From a virus (taxonomy: Duplodnaviria; Heunggongvirae; Uroviricota; Caudoviricetes): a DNA stretch of 64,000 nt. Numbering within the stretch: the stretch's first letter is position 1; the number at the start of each line of letters is the position of its first letter. Positions 29,351 to 39,177 of the stretch are shown here, piece by piece. A program made the position numbers and the translations under genes. The stretch covers positions 100,007 to 164,006 of IMG/VR virus record IMGVR_UViG_3300028832_000001; one strand, given 5' to 3'. The notes under the pieces are model-generated. The model was not told where the DNA came from, did not search any database, and saw only the letters and a program-made list of their open reading frames with translations.

Positions 29351-30637
29351 ATGAATTTAAGTGAAGCAAGAGATATTCTCGGTAAATGTGGATATTCATT
29401 TTTGAAAGAATCTACAGAATTAACCAGAGATATTATGCTTAAATATGCTAAGCAATTAGCACAGCAAAATGATAAAATTGGTATTATCAAGGGAAAAAAC
29501 CCAGAAGATGGTGATTTTGATATAATCATTTATTATAATAATGATAAGATTAAAGTTGCATCATATAAAGGTTATGAAAATGAAGTTTATGTAAGGGAAT
29601 TCAAGAGTTCTTTATCTGGAATGCCAGCAAAGAAAGTTGAAACCTTAGAAGATTTACGTTCATATATTGATTCTACATTGAAATATATGGAAAAATATAA
29701 AGAAGACAACAATAATCAATACAAAACAAGTGTCGAAGATATTGAAAAAGATAAGGAAGAATGGGCTAACAACATGGATCAAAACGAGTCATTAAAACTT
29801 AAAAAAGCATTACAGTTCCTTGCTGAATGCGGTTATACAATTAGTAAAAATACAAGAATTGATGAAATGTCTCGTGCATCTGACCGTGTTCTTGGTCATG
29901 ATTCTGCAGAAAACTTGCTTTATATGCTTGCTGACTGGAAGAAACAGTATGACAGAACTGGTAAGAATGCTACATTAGGTCAATTTGCCAAATTTGTTCA
30001 AGATAATGGCATTAGTTGGGACTTAATTAGTGGTCTCAGCTTACCAGGATTACCAAGAACAGAACCTCCTACACGTTCATCTAGGAGAATTGATTTGGAA
30101 GCTATTATTGCTTCTTTACAAGGTCAGCTTGGACAAGATGTTAGCGATGTTCGTAACCGTGTTGATTTAGGTAAGGATGATTACGATAGATTAATCGACA
30201 CCTTCTGGGATTATTATGAAAAGAACCGTGATGGTGAAGATGTTTCTGCACTTGTTGATTCTGAAAATTTCCAGGCACTCATTAGATTGTTTGCTGAAGA
30301 ACCAGAAACTGCACAGGAAGTCTTTGGTAGAAACTATGACAAGGCTAATAGCAAGTTACAGAGATTTATTAATCCTGATTCCGCAGCTGCTTTGATTGGC
30401 GAATTCTGGGATTGGTATTATGCTAAGAAGGCTGGTCGTGACATTGACTTCGATCCAGAAAAGGCAGAAAAGATTGCAGACTTGCTTGAAACCCCGAATG
30501 CTAAGGATGAAATTTTCGGCGGTAACGGTTCTTACTATACTGTTCTTAGAACAATTAGTAACATTGTTGGTAGACAGCTTGGTCAGAGAGATGCAGACTT
30601 CGATTACGATTCTTTGAATGGTGATTTGAGCCTCTAA
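29351..30637 (+). CDS. late protein with N-terminal SAP/HeH-like motif (MNLSEARDILGKCGYSF) and an internal second copy
   Basis: 428 aa. The N-terminus matches the motif family of the 50.7-53.1 kb paralogs. A second copy lies at ~aa 150 (LKLKKALQFLAECGYTI). The rest is helical and acidic. Confidence 0.5.
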   Translation: MNLSEARDILGKCGYSFLKESTELTRDIMLKYAKQLAQQNDKIGIIKGKNPEDGDFDIIIYYNNDKIKVASYKGYENEVYVREFKSSLSGMPAKKVETLEDLRSYIDSTLKYMEKYKEDNNNQYKTSVEDIEKDKEEWANNMDQNESLKLKKALQFLAECGYTISKNTRIDEMSRASDRVLGHDSAENLLYMLADWKKQYDRTGKNATLGQFAKFVQDNGISWDLISGLSLPGLPRTEPPTRSSRRIDLEAIIASLQGQLGQDVSDVRNRVDLGKDDYDRLIDTFWDYYEKNRDGEDVSALVDSENFQALIRLFAEEPETAQEVFGRNYDKANSKLQRFINPDSAAALIGEFWDWYYAKKAGRDIDFDPEKAEKIADLLETPNAKDEIFGGNGSYYTVLRTISNIVGRQLGQRDADFDYDSLNGDLSL

Positions 30638-30670
30638 TATATCGTTTCAGACAACATTAAATAAAAAGGG

Positions 30671-30699
30671 TTGACGGCAGTCACCCTTTTTGCTATATT
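30671..30699 (+). promoter_or_regulatory. sigma70-like promoter TTGAC-N18-TATATT embedded in conserved element AAAAAGGGTTGAC...CTTTTTGCTATATTTAGG
   Basis: -35 TTGAC at 30671-30675, spacer 18 nt, -10 TATATT at 30694-30699. An almost identical element recurs at 39083-39118. Confidence 0.5.
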
Positions 30700-30726
30700 T
30701 AGGAAAAACTTACAAGGAGATATAAA

Positions 30727-31218
30727 ATGATAGTAATCGCTTGGACGATTGTTGGTTTAACTGCACTTTTCATTATCTGCAGCTGCATAAAGAGTTGCGT
30801 CAGAATGGCAACAATGGAACGCTTTAAAAACGTTCCCATTCAGACACCTACCTTAATTGCAGATAAGAATAAGATTATTCAGTCATTATTTGATGATGAC
30901 GCTGAAAAGTTTTTCAAATATAAAGGTATAACATTCTGGTATTATAAGGATTCAAAGGATTACTTTGAAAAGCAGAGTTTTAGTGTTGCTGATGTAAAGA
31001 ATAAGATTGCACAGAAGTATGATGAACTCAAACAAGAACATCCAGGAATTACAGATTTTTTTGTTTCCATGACAAAACAAAATAATTATTTGACATGGGA
31101 ATTTGATCCGATTGACTTAAACTCTTATGTTCCGCCAAAGTCAACTAAGGATATTTGTATCGATGAGCTTAACAAATTAATAGAAAACAATGAAATAAAG
31201 GAAAAACATGACATCTAA
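30727..31218 (+). CDS. small membrane protein co-transcribed with flotillin (possible NfeD-like partner)
   Basis: 163 aa with an N-terminal TM helix. Stop overlaps the flotillin start. Confidence 0.35.
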   Translation: MIVIAWTIVGLTALFIICSCIKSCVRMATMERFKNVPIQTPTLIADKNKIIQSLFDDDAEKFFKYKGITFWYYKDSKDYFEKQSFSVADVKNKIAQKYDELKQEHPGITDFFVSMTKQNNYLTWEFDPIDLNSYVPPKSTKDICIDELNKLIENNEIKEKHDI

Positions 31219-32806
31219 TATGATCTACCCAATACTTATCGGAATTGCAGTAATTGCTTTAAGTATTCTCTTTTTTGCGTCTTATATCAAAGCCGCACCA
31301 GATGAAGTTAAAATCATCTCTGGTTTCCGACAACTAAGGACAATTATCGGACATTCAGGATTTAGAATTCCGTTCCTTGAGCAAGTCGATACTTTAAGCT
31401 TAAAGCTTATTCCAATCGATGTTAAGACCTCCGGTATTCCAACGTCAGATTATATTAATATCGCAGTTGATGCAGTCGTTCAGGTCAAAATTTCTGATGA
31501 AACTGCTGATATTAAGGTTGCTGCACAGAACTTCTTAAATAAGAATCCAGATGAAATTAAGAAGATGATTAGTGAAGTTCTTGAAGCAAACATGAGAGAG
31601 ATTGTTGGTCAAATGGAACTTGTCAAGCTTGTTAATGACAGACAACAGGTTTCTAAGAAGGTTCTCGAAAATGCTTCTCCAGACTTAAAGAAACTCGGTA
31701 TTGTTATTCAAACATTTAATATTCAGAACTTCTCTGATTCAGCAAAGGTTATTGAAAACCTCGGTGTTGACAAGGCAGTTGCAATTCAGAAAGCAGCAGC
31801 AATTTCTAGGGCCAATGCAGAAAGAGACGTTAAGATTGCTCAGGCAGAAGCAGCTAAGGAAGCAAACGATGCACAGGTTGCATCTAACCTCGAAATCGCA
31901 CAGAAGCAAAACGACTTAGAAGTTAAGAAGGCTGACCTTAAGAGAATTTCCGATAGCAAGAAGGCTGAAGCTGATGCCGCTTACGAAATTCAGAAGCAAG
32001 AACAGCAAAAGACCATTAACATTGCAGCTGCAGCAGCTGAAGTTGCAAAGCAGGAAAAACAGATTGAAATTCGTGAAAGAATGGTAGCTGTTAGACAGAA
32101 GGAACTCGAAGCTGAAATCCAGAAGAAGGCAGAAGCAGAAAAGCAAGCACAAATTCAGAAGTCTGATGCTGACCTTTATAGACAACAGAAGGAAGCTGAA
32201 GCAGCACTCTTCACACAGAAGCAACAGGCTGAAGCTATTAAGGCTAAGGCTGAAGCTGATAAGCAAAAAGCATTCGCTGAAGCTGCAGCAACTAAGGCTA
32301 AGGGTGAAGCAGAAGCTGATGCTGTAAAGGCTAAGGGTCTTGCAGAAGCAGCAGCACTTGACCAGAAGGCTGAAGCTATGAAGAAGTATGGTGATGCAGC
32401 AAGACAGGAAATGCAGCTCAGAACTATTGAAAAGTATTTCGAACAGTTACCAGCTATTGCAAGTGCCGTTGCAAAACCGATGGAAAAGATTGGCAATATC
32501 AATATGTATGGTGAAAGCGGTACAGCTAAGCTCACTGGCGATATTACCAAGACACTTACACAAGTTTCTAGTGGTTTAACTGATTCTCTTGGTATTGATC
32601 TTAAGACTGTTCTCGGTTCTATGTTCGGTGCACATCTTGCTGGACTCGAAAAGAAACCGTCGCAGGTCCCTGTTGAAGTTGCAAAGAACGATCCAGCAGT
32701 TCCAGCTACCCCAGCTCAGGCTACTCCAGTAGAATCTCCGGTTCAAATGTCTGAATCTGATATTGAACAGGCAGCAGCAGCATTTCTTAGAAAGCGTAAG
32801 CACTAA
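31208..32806 (+). CDS. flotillin-family SPFH protein (FloT/YuaG-like)
   Basis: N-terminal TM/hairpin helix, then an SPFH domain. A long Ala/Glu/Lys/Gln coiled-coil region (AEAEKQAQIQK...AEAIKAKAEADKQKAFAEAAATKAKGEAEADAVKAKGLAEAAA) is typical of the flotillin C-terminus. 532 aa. Confidence 0.7.
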   Translation: MTSNMIYPILIGIAVIALSILFFASYIKAAPDEVKIISGFRQLRTIIGHSGFRIPFLEQVDTLSLKLIPIDVKTSGIPTSDYINIAVDAVVQVKISDETADIKVAAQNFLNKNPDEIKKMISEVLEANMREIVGQMELVKLVNDRQQVSKKVLENASPDLKKLGIVIQTFNIQNFSDSAKVIENLGVDKAVAIQKAAAISRANAERDVKIAQAEAAKEANDAQVASNLEIAQKQNDLEVKKADLKRISDSKKAEADAAYEIQKQEQQKTINIAAAAAEVAKQEKQIEIRERMVAVRQKELEAEIQKKAEAEKQAQIQKSDADLYRQQKEAEAALFTQKQQAEAIKAKAEADKQKAFAEAAATKAKGEAEADAVKAKGLAEAAALDQKAEAMKKYGDAARQEMQLRTIEKYFEQLPAIASAVAKPMEKIGNINMYGESGTAKLTGDITKTLTQVSSGLTDSLGIDLKTVLGSMFGAHLAGLEKKPSQVPVEVAKNDPAVPATPAQATPVESPVQMSESDIEQAAAAFLRKRKH

Positions 32807-32919
32807 TAAGAAATAGATTAAATAAAAAGATCAGACTTATGTCTGGTCTTTTTGTTGTATTTTTAAAAAATTAAAATATTTTTACATTTAATAAATAAGA
32901 AAATAGAAAAATACTATAT

Positions 32920-33795
32920 TTGTTATTGATTATGAGAACAATCCAGACAATACAAAATCAATATGATAATATCATGAAGCCATTAGTATGGTCGGATAAA
33001 GTTGCAAAGAATTTTTTGAATTGTATAAAAAATCCAATTGTAGTAGAAAAGAAAGACATGATACCGCAATGGAAGATTTGTACTGTTAGCGACACTAAAA
33101 GACGAACTGAAAGTATTGGTTCTACTGATGTTTTAATTTTAGATTATGATGATCCGAATTATAGCATAAAGGAATTTGAAGATAGTTTTAGAGAATATTT
33201 CTATGTATTACATACTTCACATTCTTATGATGGAACAAACCAGAAGTTCAGAGTATTTTTGTTTCTTGATAAAGAATATGATATAAATAGAATGTTTTAT
33301 AAATGTTTTAATCAAGCATTTAGTCCATATCATTTTCTTGTAAATTATTTTCCACATGCAGATAAGGCATCATTCGTTAGAGCACAGTTCTTTAAGGTTC
33401 CTTGTGTAAAATATAAAGGTGCACCTTATTATTACAGTTGTCATAACGGTAAGTTATTTGACCCTGCTAGTGCAATCGGGTTTGAATTTAGAATGGCTTA
33501 TGAATATTGTGTAGAGAAACAAGAAGAACATCTTAAGCAACTTGAAAAACGAGCAAAATGGTATCGCAAGATGCATGGTTCAATCGATTTAACGAATGCA
33601 AAACAATATATAAATGAAAAGATTGAAACATGTGAAGCTGGTGGTAGACATATGCAGATTTTAGGTCTGGCATGTTGGTTTAAGAAGATTGGCGGAACGT
33701 TTAAAGAATTTGAGGAAATAATGCCATCATGGGCTGATAAAGGTTTCCATAAACAGATGGAACATATTAGACATGAATGGGATAGATTTAGGTAA
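32920..33795 (+). CDS. archaeo-eukaryotic-type primase with PriCT-1 C-terminal domain
   Basis: VLILDYDD (DxD), FYVLHTSHSYDG (SxH-like) and the C-terminal GGRHMQILGLACWFKKIGG (PriCT-1 G.R...L..A......G pattern). A TATATTTG promoter-like element lies upstream. Confidence 0.5.
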   Translation: MLLIMRTIQTIQNQYDNIMKPLVWSDKVAKNFLNCIKNPIVVEKKDMIPQWKICTVSDTKRRTESIGSTDVLILDYDDPNYSIKEFEDSFREYFYVLHTSHSYDGTNQKFRVFLFLDKEYDINRMFYKCFNQAFSPYHFLVNYFPHADKASFVRAQFFKVPCVKYKGAPYYYSCHNGKLFDPASAIGFEFRMAYEYCVEKQEEHLKQLEKRAKWYRKMHGSIDLTNAKQYINEKIETCEAGGRHMQILGLACWFKKIGGTFKEFEEIMPSWADKGFHKQMEHIRHEWDRFR

Positions 33796-33797
33796 GT

Positions 33798-34583
33798 ATG
33801 AAAGACGTATATCAACAATTATGGGAAGCATTCAGTGATATATATTTCGAAGAAGTTCCGCACAAATATACAGATAGTTACGGAACGAAATATACATCAG
33901 TTACTACATTTGTCGGTCAACTTGAAGTAGAAAAAGACTGGGACTTAATTGCAGAAAAAGCAATTAAAAAGAAAGACAGTCAATATAAGGGAATGACTGT
34001 GGAACAAGTCAGAGCAGCCTGGAAAGCTTCAGGCGACTATGCTTGTCAGTTAGGAACTTATGTCCATAGTGTTATGGAACTTGGTTGGCAAAATAAGGAA
34101 TTTTATCCTGATGAGAATGTTCTTGCAAAATATCCTGGAATGAAGGAAGATTTTGAATATAGAAAACAAAGATGTAAGAAAGCTTTGTCTATTTTGAAAG
34201 AACGTTATATTCCCATCAAGAATGAAACAATTGTTTATGACCGTGACTGGCAGTTGTGTGGAACTATTGACTTCTTATGTTATAATAAAGTAAAGAATTG
34301 TATTGCAATCCTTGACTGGAAGACAAACAAGAAATGGGATTTTAACAATAGGTATCAGAAACTTAGAGCTCCGTTCGATATGATGGACGATTGTAATATT
34401 AACCATTATGAGTTACAGTTAAATACCTATAAGGCAATTTTAGAGAAACATACGGATATTAAAGTTGGTGAAATGTTATTGGTTCAAATTCCAAATAAAG
34501 AAAAGGAATTAATCGAAACACATCAATGTAAGGATTGGCAAAAAGTTTTAGTTCCGTATTTAGACAGTTTACACAAAAAATAA
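33798..34583 (+). CDS. PD-(D/E)xK nuclease (YqaJ/Cas4-like phage exonuclease)
   Basis: EEVPHKYT...YTSVTTF, then GTIDFLCYNK...AILDWKTNKK (D...D/ExK) and HYELQLNTYKAIL (QxxxY). 261 aa. Confidence 0.55.
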   Translation: MKDVYQQLWEAFSDIYFEEVPHKYTDSYGTKYTSVTTFVGQLEVEKDWDLIAEKAIKKKDSQYKGMTVEQVRAAWKASGDYACQLGTYVHSVMELGWQNKEFYPDENVLAKYPGMKEDFEYRKQRCKKALSILKERYIPIKNETIVYDRDWQLCGTIDFLCYNKVKNCIAILDWKTNKKWDFNNRYQKLRAPFDMMDDCNINHYELQLNTYKAILEKHTDIKVGEMLLVQIPNKEKELIETHQCKDWQKVLVPYLDSLHKK

Positions 34584-34616
34584 ATTATATATAAAAAACA
34601 ATATAAAGGTGAAAAA

Positions 34617-35108
34617 ATGAAAGTATCAGAAGTACAGATTACAAATTTCCAGCTCCAGCAACTTTTTGAGGAATTTAATTCCCGTTTGACTGTAGATGGT
34701 ATTAATGCTAAGTATTCTTGGTTCATGTATAAGAATAGCGAAGCAATGGCTCCATTGTATAGTCAGTTGATGAATGAACTTTATGATGAACGTAAGGAAC
34801 CAGATTTTCCGGCTATGTTCTCTGAAGGTCAGCTTCTTATCGAAAAGTATCGTGATCGCGATGCTGAAGGTAAGGAAATTAACGATAAGGCTGGTAATGC
34901 TCAGTTTACTCAGCATAGAGAAGAATATGTCAAAGAATATCAGGCTTTGAGAGAAAAGTATAAGGAATTATTCGAAAAGATTGACAAGAAACCCGAAGTA
35001 AACCGTGAAATTTATATGAAAAATGTAAGTTTTATGGCTACTCAGTTGGAATTGTCAGAATTCCCGAATAATACGAAGCCATATATTATTGGTCTTCTCG
35101 GCTATTAA
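34617..35108 (+). CDS. hypothetical protein
   Basis: 163-aa ORF with a good SD (aaaggtgaaaaaATG). Confidence 0.4.
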   Translation: MKVSEVQITNFQLQQLFEEFNSRLTVDGINAKYSWFMYKNSEAMAPLYSQLMNELYDERKEPDFPAMFSEGQLLIEKYRDRDAEGKEINDKAGNAQFTQHREEYVKEYQALREKYKELFEKIDKKPEVNREIYMKNVSFMATQLELSEFPNNTKPYIIGLLGY

Positions 35109-35128
35109 TTTAAAATAACATTTAAAAA

Positions 35129-35165
35129 GAAACCGCTTTTAACAAGCGGTTTTTTATTATAAATA
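35129..35165 (+). promoter_or_regulatory. terminator hairpin (aaaccgctt-ttaaca-agcggttt) followed by second copy of TTTTTATTATAAATAATGTA element
   Basis: TATAAATA at 35158-35165, 7 nt before the ATG at 35173. The string is identical to 24781-24800. Confidence 0.4.
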
Positions 35166-35172
35166 ATGTAAG

Positions 35173-35967
35173 ATGATAACTAATAAAACTGTATTTAATG
35201 TTAATCGTGTAGCAATACCATTCTCTAAGAAAGAATTAGAATCGGTAATCAATCAGAATGTAGTAAATGGGTATATTTCTACTACATATGATAATTTAAT
35301 ACAAACTTTGGAAGATATTTCCCGTTCTAAGGAATATCCAGTTGTATTAAATCCGAATGAAATTTTTACTTCATCTAATAATCCGTTAATTAGAAATGAC
35401 GTTTTGATTAGGGTTGAAGGTTTACAATCCTATGGTGAATTCATTAATAATGTTATAAGAGATAGCGAAGATGGTTATTGGACCGATTTTATGACTTATT
35501 CTGAATTATTCAAGGATGAAATCAAGAAAGTCAAAATACTTGCTTATAAGAAGTTTTTGTGGAATTATCATAATATTGATGAATGGTTTACGTCTAAGAA
35601 TATCGGTTTGATTGACGATGATAAGAATATGTTGGTTACTGATTTCCAGACATTTAAGGAAAGAGTTTTATTAACAGATGACTATGAAACCTTTATTGAT
35701 TCTTGTAAAACAGAAGATGTTGCTAACGCTATAAAATATATCATAAAGAAAGGTTGTGAAGTTTTACAAAAATATAAGGTTGAACTGAATAATCATATTG
35801 CGATTGATAATAAAAGACAGACAAATATAATTTTGAAGAATCCAATTATTACAAAGATATTCTTACAGTCTTCTGCTGCATCTCGTTGCAAGAAAGACTG
35901 GCCAAGAATTAAATTTACTACATTGGATAAGAAATCATTTGACACTATTGGTATTTGGGAAGTTTAA
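35173..35967 (+). CDS. hypothetical structural-module protein
   Basis: 264-aa ORF at the head of a co-directional late cluster. Confidence 0.35.
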   Translation: MITNKTVFNVNRVAIPFSKKELESVINQNVVNGYISTTYDNLIQTLEDISRSKEYPVVLNPNEIFTSSNNPLIRNDVLIRVEGLQSYGEFINNVIRDSEDGYWTDFMTYSELFKDEIKKVKILAYKKFLWNYHNIDEWFTSKNIGLIDDDKNMLVTDFQTFKERVLLTDDYETFIDSCKTEDVANAIKYIIKKGCEVLQKYKVELNNHIAIDNKRQTNIILKNPIITKIFLQSSAASRCKKDWPRIKFTTLDKKSFDTIGIWEV

Positions 35968-37268
35968 TTATGTCATTTAAAAAATCAGAAACTATTACAA
36001 AGGAAGGCGGATATAGAAAGTTTGATTCCGTCGAGGAAATGCAATCAGCTACTAACTGGTTTTTTAAATACATTACTTATAATGATGGAACTACTGAAGA
36101 GTGGACTCCAGGACATTTACCAAATAAAAATAAGAATGATTATCCACCTCCGCTTGGAGAAGTAACTGGAACGATCTTCTTAGATTCTTCTCCTGGTATC
36201 ATTTACATGACCAGTCTTATTGGTGATATTATCATCGATACGAAAGGTCCTGAATTTGTTTCTGAAGATGTTCAGTATGTAGTTATTGATTCTAACAGAA
36301 AGTGTAGCTTTACAATTAATTCTGATACGTTAATTGATGTTTGCCAATTAAGAATAAAATGTGGTGATGACGTTCTTTATGAATGTCTTAGAAAAGAAAC
36401 AGAACATACAATTTCTGAAAGTATTTCTAAACTATCTTATAATAAGACAGGAAATACTTATGTTTTGTCTTTTACATTAGATAAAAGCTATTCAGTTGAT
36501 AAACTTAATGAAGATCAGCTTAAGATTGAAGTCTGGGATATTGCAGCAAATAAAGCTGAATATACAACAGATGGAAAATGGGATTATATAACACTTGATG
36601 ATGATGAGAAAATCCAACATCTTATTATTGATTTTATTGATATTTATCCAAAAAATATGATTGTTTCAAAAAACATTGAAGGAAAAGTATTAGTTAGGGT
36701 TACTAATCCAAATAAGTTTTTATGGGCTTATCAACCGACAGTAAATTTATTTAATGATAGTATTGGTGTTATTGATGAATCAACATTAACATATTATGCA
36801 GATCAGGGAGTATTAACCTTTTATATTACACATATTAATAAGAAAGGAAATATCAATGTTGAAGCATGGATTGATGTTGATAATAATGAAATTAAAGAAT
36901 TTGTAAGAAATGCAACTTATGCTGATGCTACATTAGGACCATTTATATTTGCTGATGAAGGACGTAAGTATAAATTTAATTCTTATACTCCAGAATATCT
37001 TACTGACGAAATATATAAGGCATTTGTAAAATTTACAGAAGATTTCTTGAATACTTCGCAGGAAAGTTTGTCTACTGGAAATGCTGTAAGTACACTTGAA
37101 AAAATTGCTAGAATAAATAATTTTAATGACCCATTCAGAACAGAAACTCCTTTGCTTAGTGAATATGTAAAGCAGTTTAATATTGAAGTAAATCCAAATT
37201 TAAATGAATATGTATATTTCTTGGATGCAGCAAGAACTATAAAGGACAAGGAAACTGATGGAAATTAA
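35955..37268 (+). CDS. hypothetical structural-module protein
   Basis: 437-aa ORF overlapping its neighbours by a few nt. Confidence 0.35.
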   Translation: MGSLIMSFKKSETITKEGGYRKFDSVEEMQSATNWFFKYITYNDGTTEEWTPGHLPNKNKNDYPPPLGEVTGTIFLDSSPGIIYMTSLIGDIIIDTKGPEFVSEDVQYVVIDSNRKCSFTINSDTLIDVCQLRIKCGDDVLYECLRKETEHTISESISKLSYNKTGNTYVLSFTLDKSYSVDKLNEDQLKIEVWDIAANKAEYTTDGKWDYITLDDDEKIQHLIIDFIDIYPKNMIVSKNIEGKVLVRVTNPNKFLWAYQPTVNLFNDSIGVIDESTLTYYADQGVLTFYITHINKKGNINVEAWIDVDNNEIKEFVRNATYADATLGPFIFADEGRKYKFNSYTPEYLTDEIYKAFVKFTEDFLNTSQESLSTGNAVSTLEKIARINNFNDPFRTETPLLSEYVKQFNIEVNPNLNEYVYFLDAARTIKDKETDGN

Positions 37269-38577
37269 CGATTTACCACAACAATATAAAGACGAAGCAT
37301 ACAGACTTCTTCGTTCTATCTATAAGTTTATTCCTTATTATAACCAGATTAAAGGAACGTATCTTGGTATACAATTTATTTTAAATACCATGGGTTTATG
37401 TGCATCGATTGTCGAGCTTTGGGCAGCACCTAATAATATTACGAACTTTTCTGAAAATGCAGAATATTATAGAGAAGATGAAATCCATGCAGTTCGTAGA
37501 TTTACTGAAGATGTCGCAATGCATGCAGGAGTTAAAGATTATTATTTAACTTCTACATTTGATGTTGATTTGACTTCTCAAGCTGGCATTACATTTAAAG
37601 AATTTAACGGTATGGCTAAGACAATAATTACCGTTATTAATGAAGTTCGTCCAGTTACAAGATGTTTAAGAAAATTATATTACTTATTGCTTGTTAATTC
37701 AAATATTCATTTTGATTATTATTTTGAAAATCAAAAATCTCCTAATTTGGAATATGGTAATCCAGGTGTAGTTGGTGAAAATCCATATAATTTAGATTTT
37801 AGAAGATTTGACTATTTGTGGTATTGTTATAGAGATGAACCATTTAATAAATGTGAATATGATTTTAGATTAAAACAATTATCAAAAATATATTTACCTT
37901 ATGATGCATTAGGTGCTAGATTTACTCCAAATGGTGATGATTATACAACTGATAGCACTTATACAATGATTAATACTTATTTTAATCTAAATAAGTTAAA
38001 TGTAAAGTTAAGAAAATCGCAAGTAGAAAAATTTAGATTTAAGATTTTTATAAGACGTAGAGATAGGATTTTTGATATTCGTTCTACACCTGTTATAGAA
38101 GGAAATCTCGGAACTGATATTAGTATCAGTTTAGATCGTAACGGTATTTATATAAATTTATTAAATGCTGGTTTACAAACTGCATTAAATTTAGATGAGT
38201 TATTTTCTGATTTACGTCCATTACCAACACCAGCTGGGAAAAAAGGACAACTTGGTAATTATGATTTATTCATTGCGACTAATTTTATTATTGTCTTAGG
38301 AACTAATTACTTATTCCAAGATAAGGATATTTATGATTGGTCGCAGAATGCAGAAATTAACTTCTTATTAGACGAATACTGTGGATTAATTCCAGAAGCA
38401 TCGAGCTATGCTAGTGGTGTTCATCTTGCTTCTCAGCATAATGATGTATTGGTTGGTGAAGATATGTCTGAAGAAGATGATACTGAATATCCAGATGGAT
38501 TATTAACATATTCAGAAGATGATAATGATGATTCTGCATATATTACCACAGAAGACGGTGAATATATATATAGATAA
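37258..38577 (+). CDS. hypothetical structural-module protein
   Basis: 439-aa ORF with an acidic C-terminus. Confidence 0.35.
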   Translation: MEINDLPQQYKDEAYRLLRSIYKFIPYYNQIKGTYLGIQFILNTMGLCASIVELWAAPNNITNFSENAEYYREDEIHAVRRFTEDVAMHAGVKDYYLTSTFDVDLTSQAGITFKEFNGMAKTIITVINEVRPVTRCLRKLYYLLLVNSNIHFDYYFENQKSPNLEYGNPGVVGENPYNLDFRRFDYLWYCYRDEPFNKCEYDFRLKQLSKIYLPYDALGARFTPNGDDYTTDSTYTMINTYFNLNKLNVKLRKSQVEKFRFKIFIRRRDRIFDIRSTPVIEGNLGTDISISLDRNGIYINLLNAGLQTALNLDELFSDLRPLPTPAGKKGQLGNYDLFIATNFIIVLGTNYLFQDKDIYDWSQNAEINFLLDEYCGLIPEASSYASGVHLASQHNDVLVGEDMSEEDDTEYPDGLLTYSEDDNDDSAYITTEDGEYIYR

Positions 38578-38588
38578 AGAGAGGATTT

Positions 38589-39059
38589 ATGGCAAGAGCA
38601 AAAACACTTAAATTAAAAGCTGGAACTAATATTACATTGACAAAAGATGATACATCTGTAACAGTAGGATGTATTAGTGATGGTCCATCTGTTACTAATG
38701 AAAAAATCAAAATTTATGATATAAAAATTATAGCAGACCGGCAAGAATCAACAGGCTATCGTTTTGATGGTACGCCATCTGCAGAAGAATTAATATCTTT
38801 ATTGGTTGGTGATACTGGAGCTGGTAGTTTAGCAATATTAAGAGCTATAGAAGATGTCGGTGAAGGCATAAAAAATGAAAAATGGTATTATTTACAAGAT
38901 ATTAGTGGTTGGCATATTGAAATGCAGTCAAACATGTATGTTTTTACATTTATCCATACTAATGCAGTAACTAGTATTTCCCATGATGTTATTACATGTA
39001 ATGTTGGAAAAACTGGTGAAGGATATAGTACAGTATGGACACTATCACATATGCAATAA
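38589..39059 (+). CDS. hypothetical structural-module protein
   Basis: 156-aa ORF with SD gagaggatttATG. Confidence 0.35.
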   Translation: MARAKTLKLKAGTNITLTKDDTSVTVGCISDGPSVTNEKIKIYDIKIIADRQESTGYRFDGTPSAEELISLLVGDTGAGSLAILRAIEDVGEGIKNEKWYYLQDISGWHIEMQSNMYVFTFIHTNAVTSISHDVITCNVGKTGEGYSTVWTLSHMQ

Positions 39060-39089
39060 TTTAAAACAATAATATTACAATAAAAAGGG

Positions 39090-39118
39090 TTGACAAAAGT
39101 CAGCTCTTTTTCTATATT
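39090..39118 (+). promoter_or_regulatory. sigma70-like promoter TTGAC-N18-TATATT, second copy of the conserved AAAAAGGGTTGAC...TTTTTCTATATTTA element
   Basis: -35 at 39090-39094, -10 at 39113-39118. Shares the AAAAAGGGTTGAC prefix with the 30664 element. Confidence 0.5.
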
Positions 39119-39177
39119 TATTTAAATTAATTAGAAAACTATAAATATATAGAATTTTTAATAAGAAGGTAATAAAA

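Noticed and set aside
31701-32803. ORFs in other frames and antisense across the flotillin coiled-coil region (Ala/Leu/Ser-rich)
   Set aside because: They are artefacts of the GCT/GAA-rich EA-repeat coding sequence. The main frame gives a canonical flotillin.
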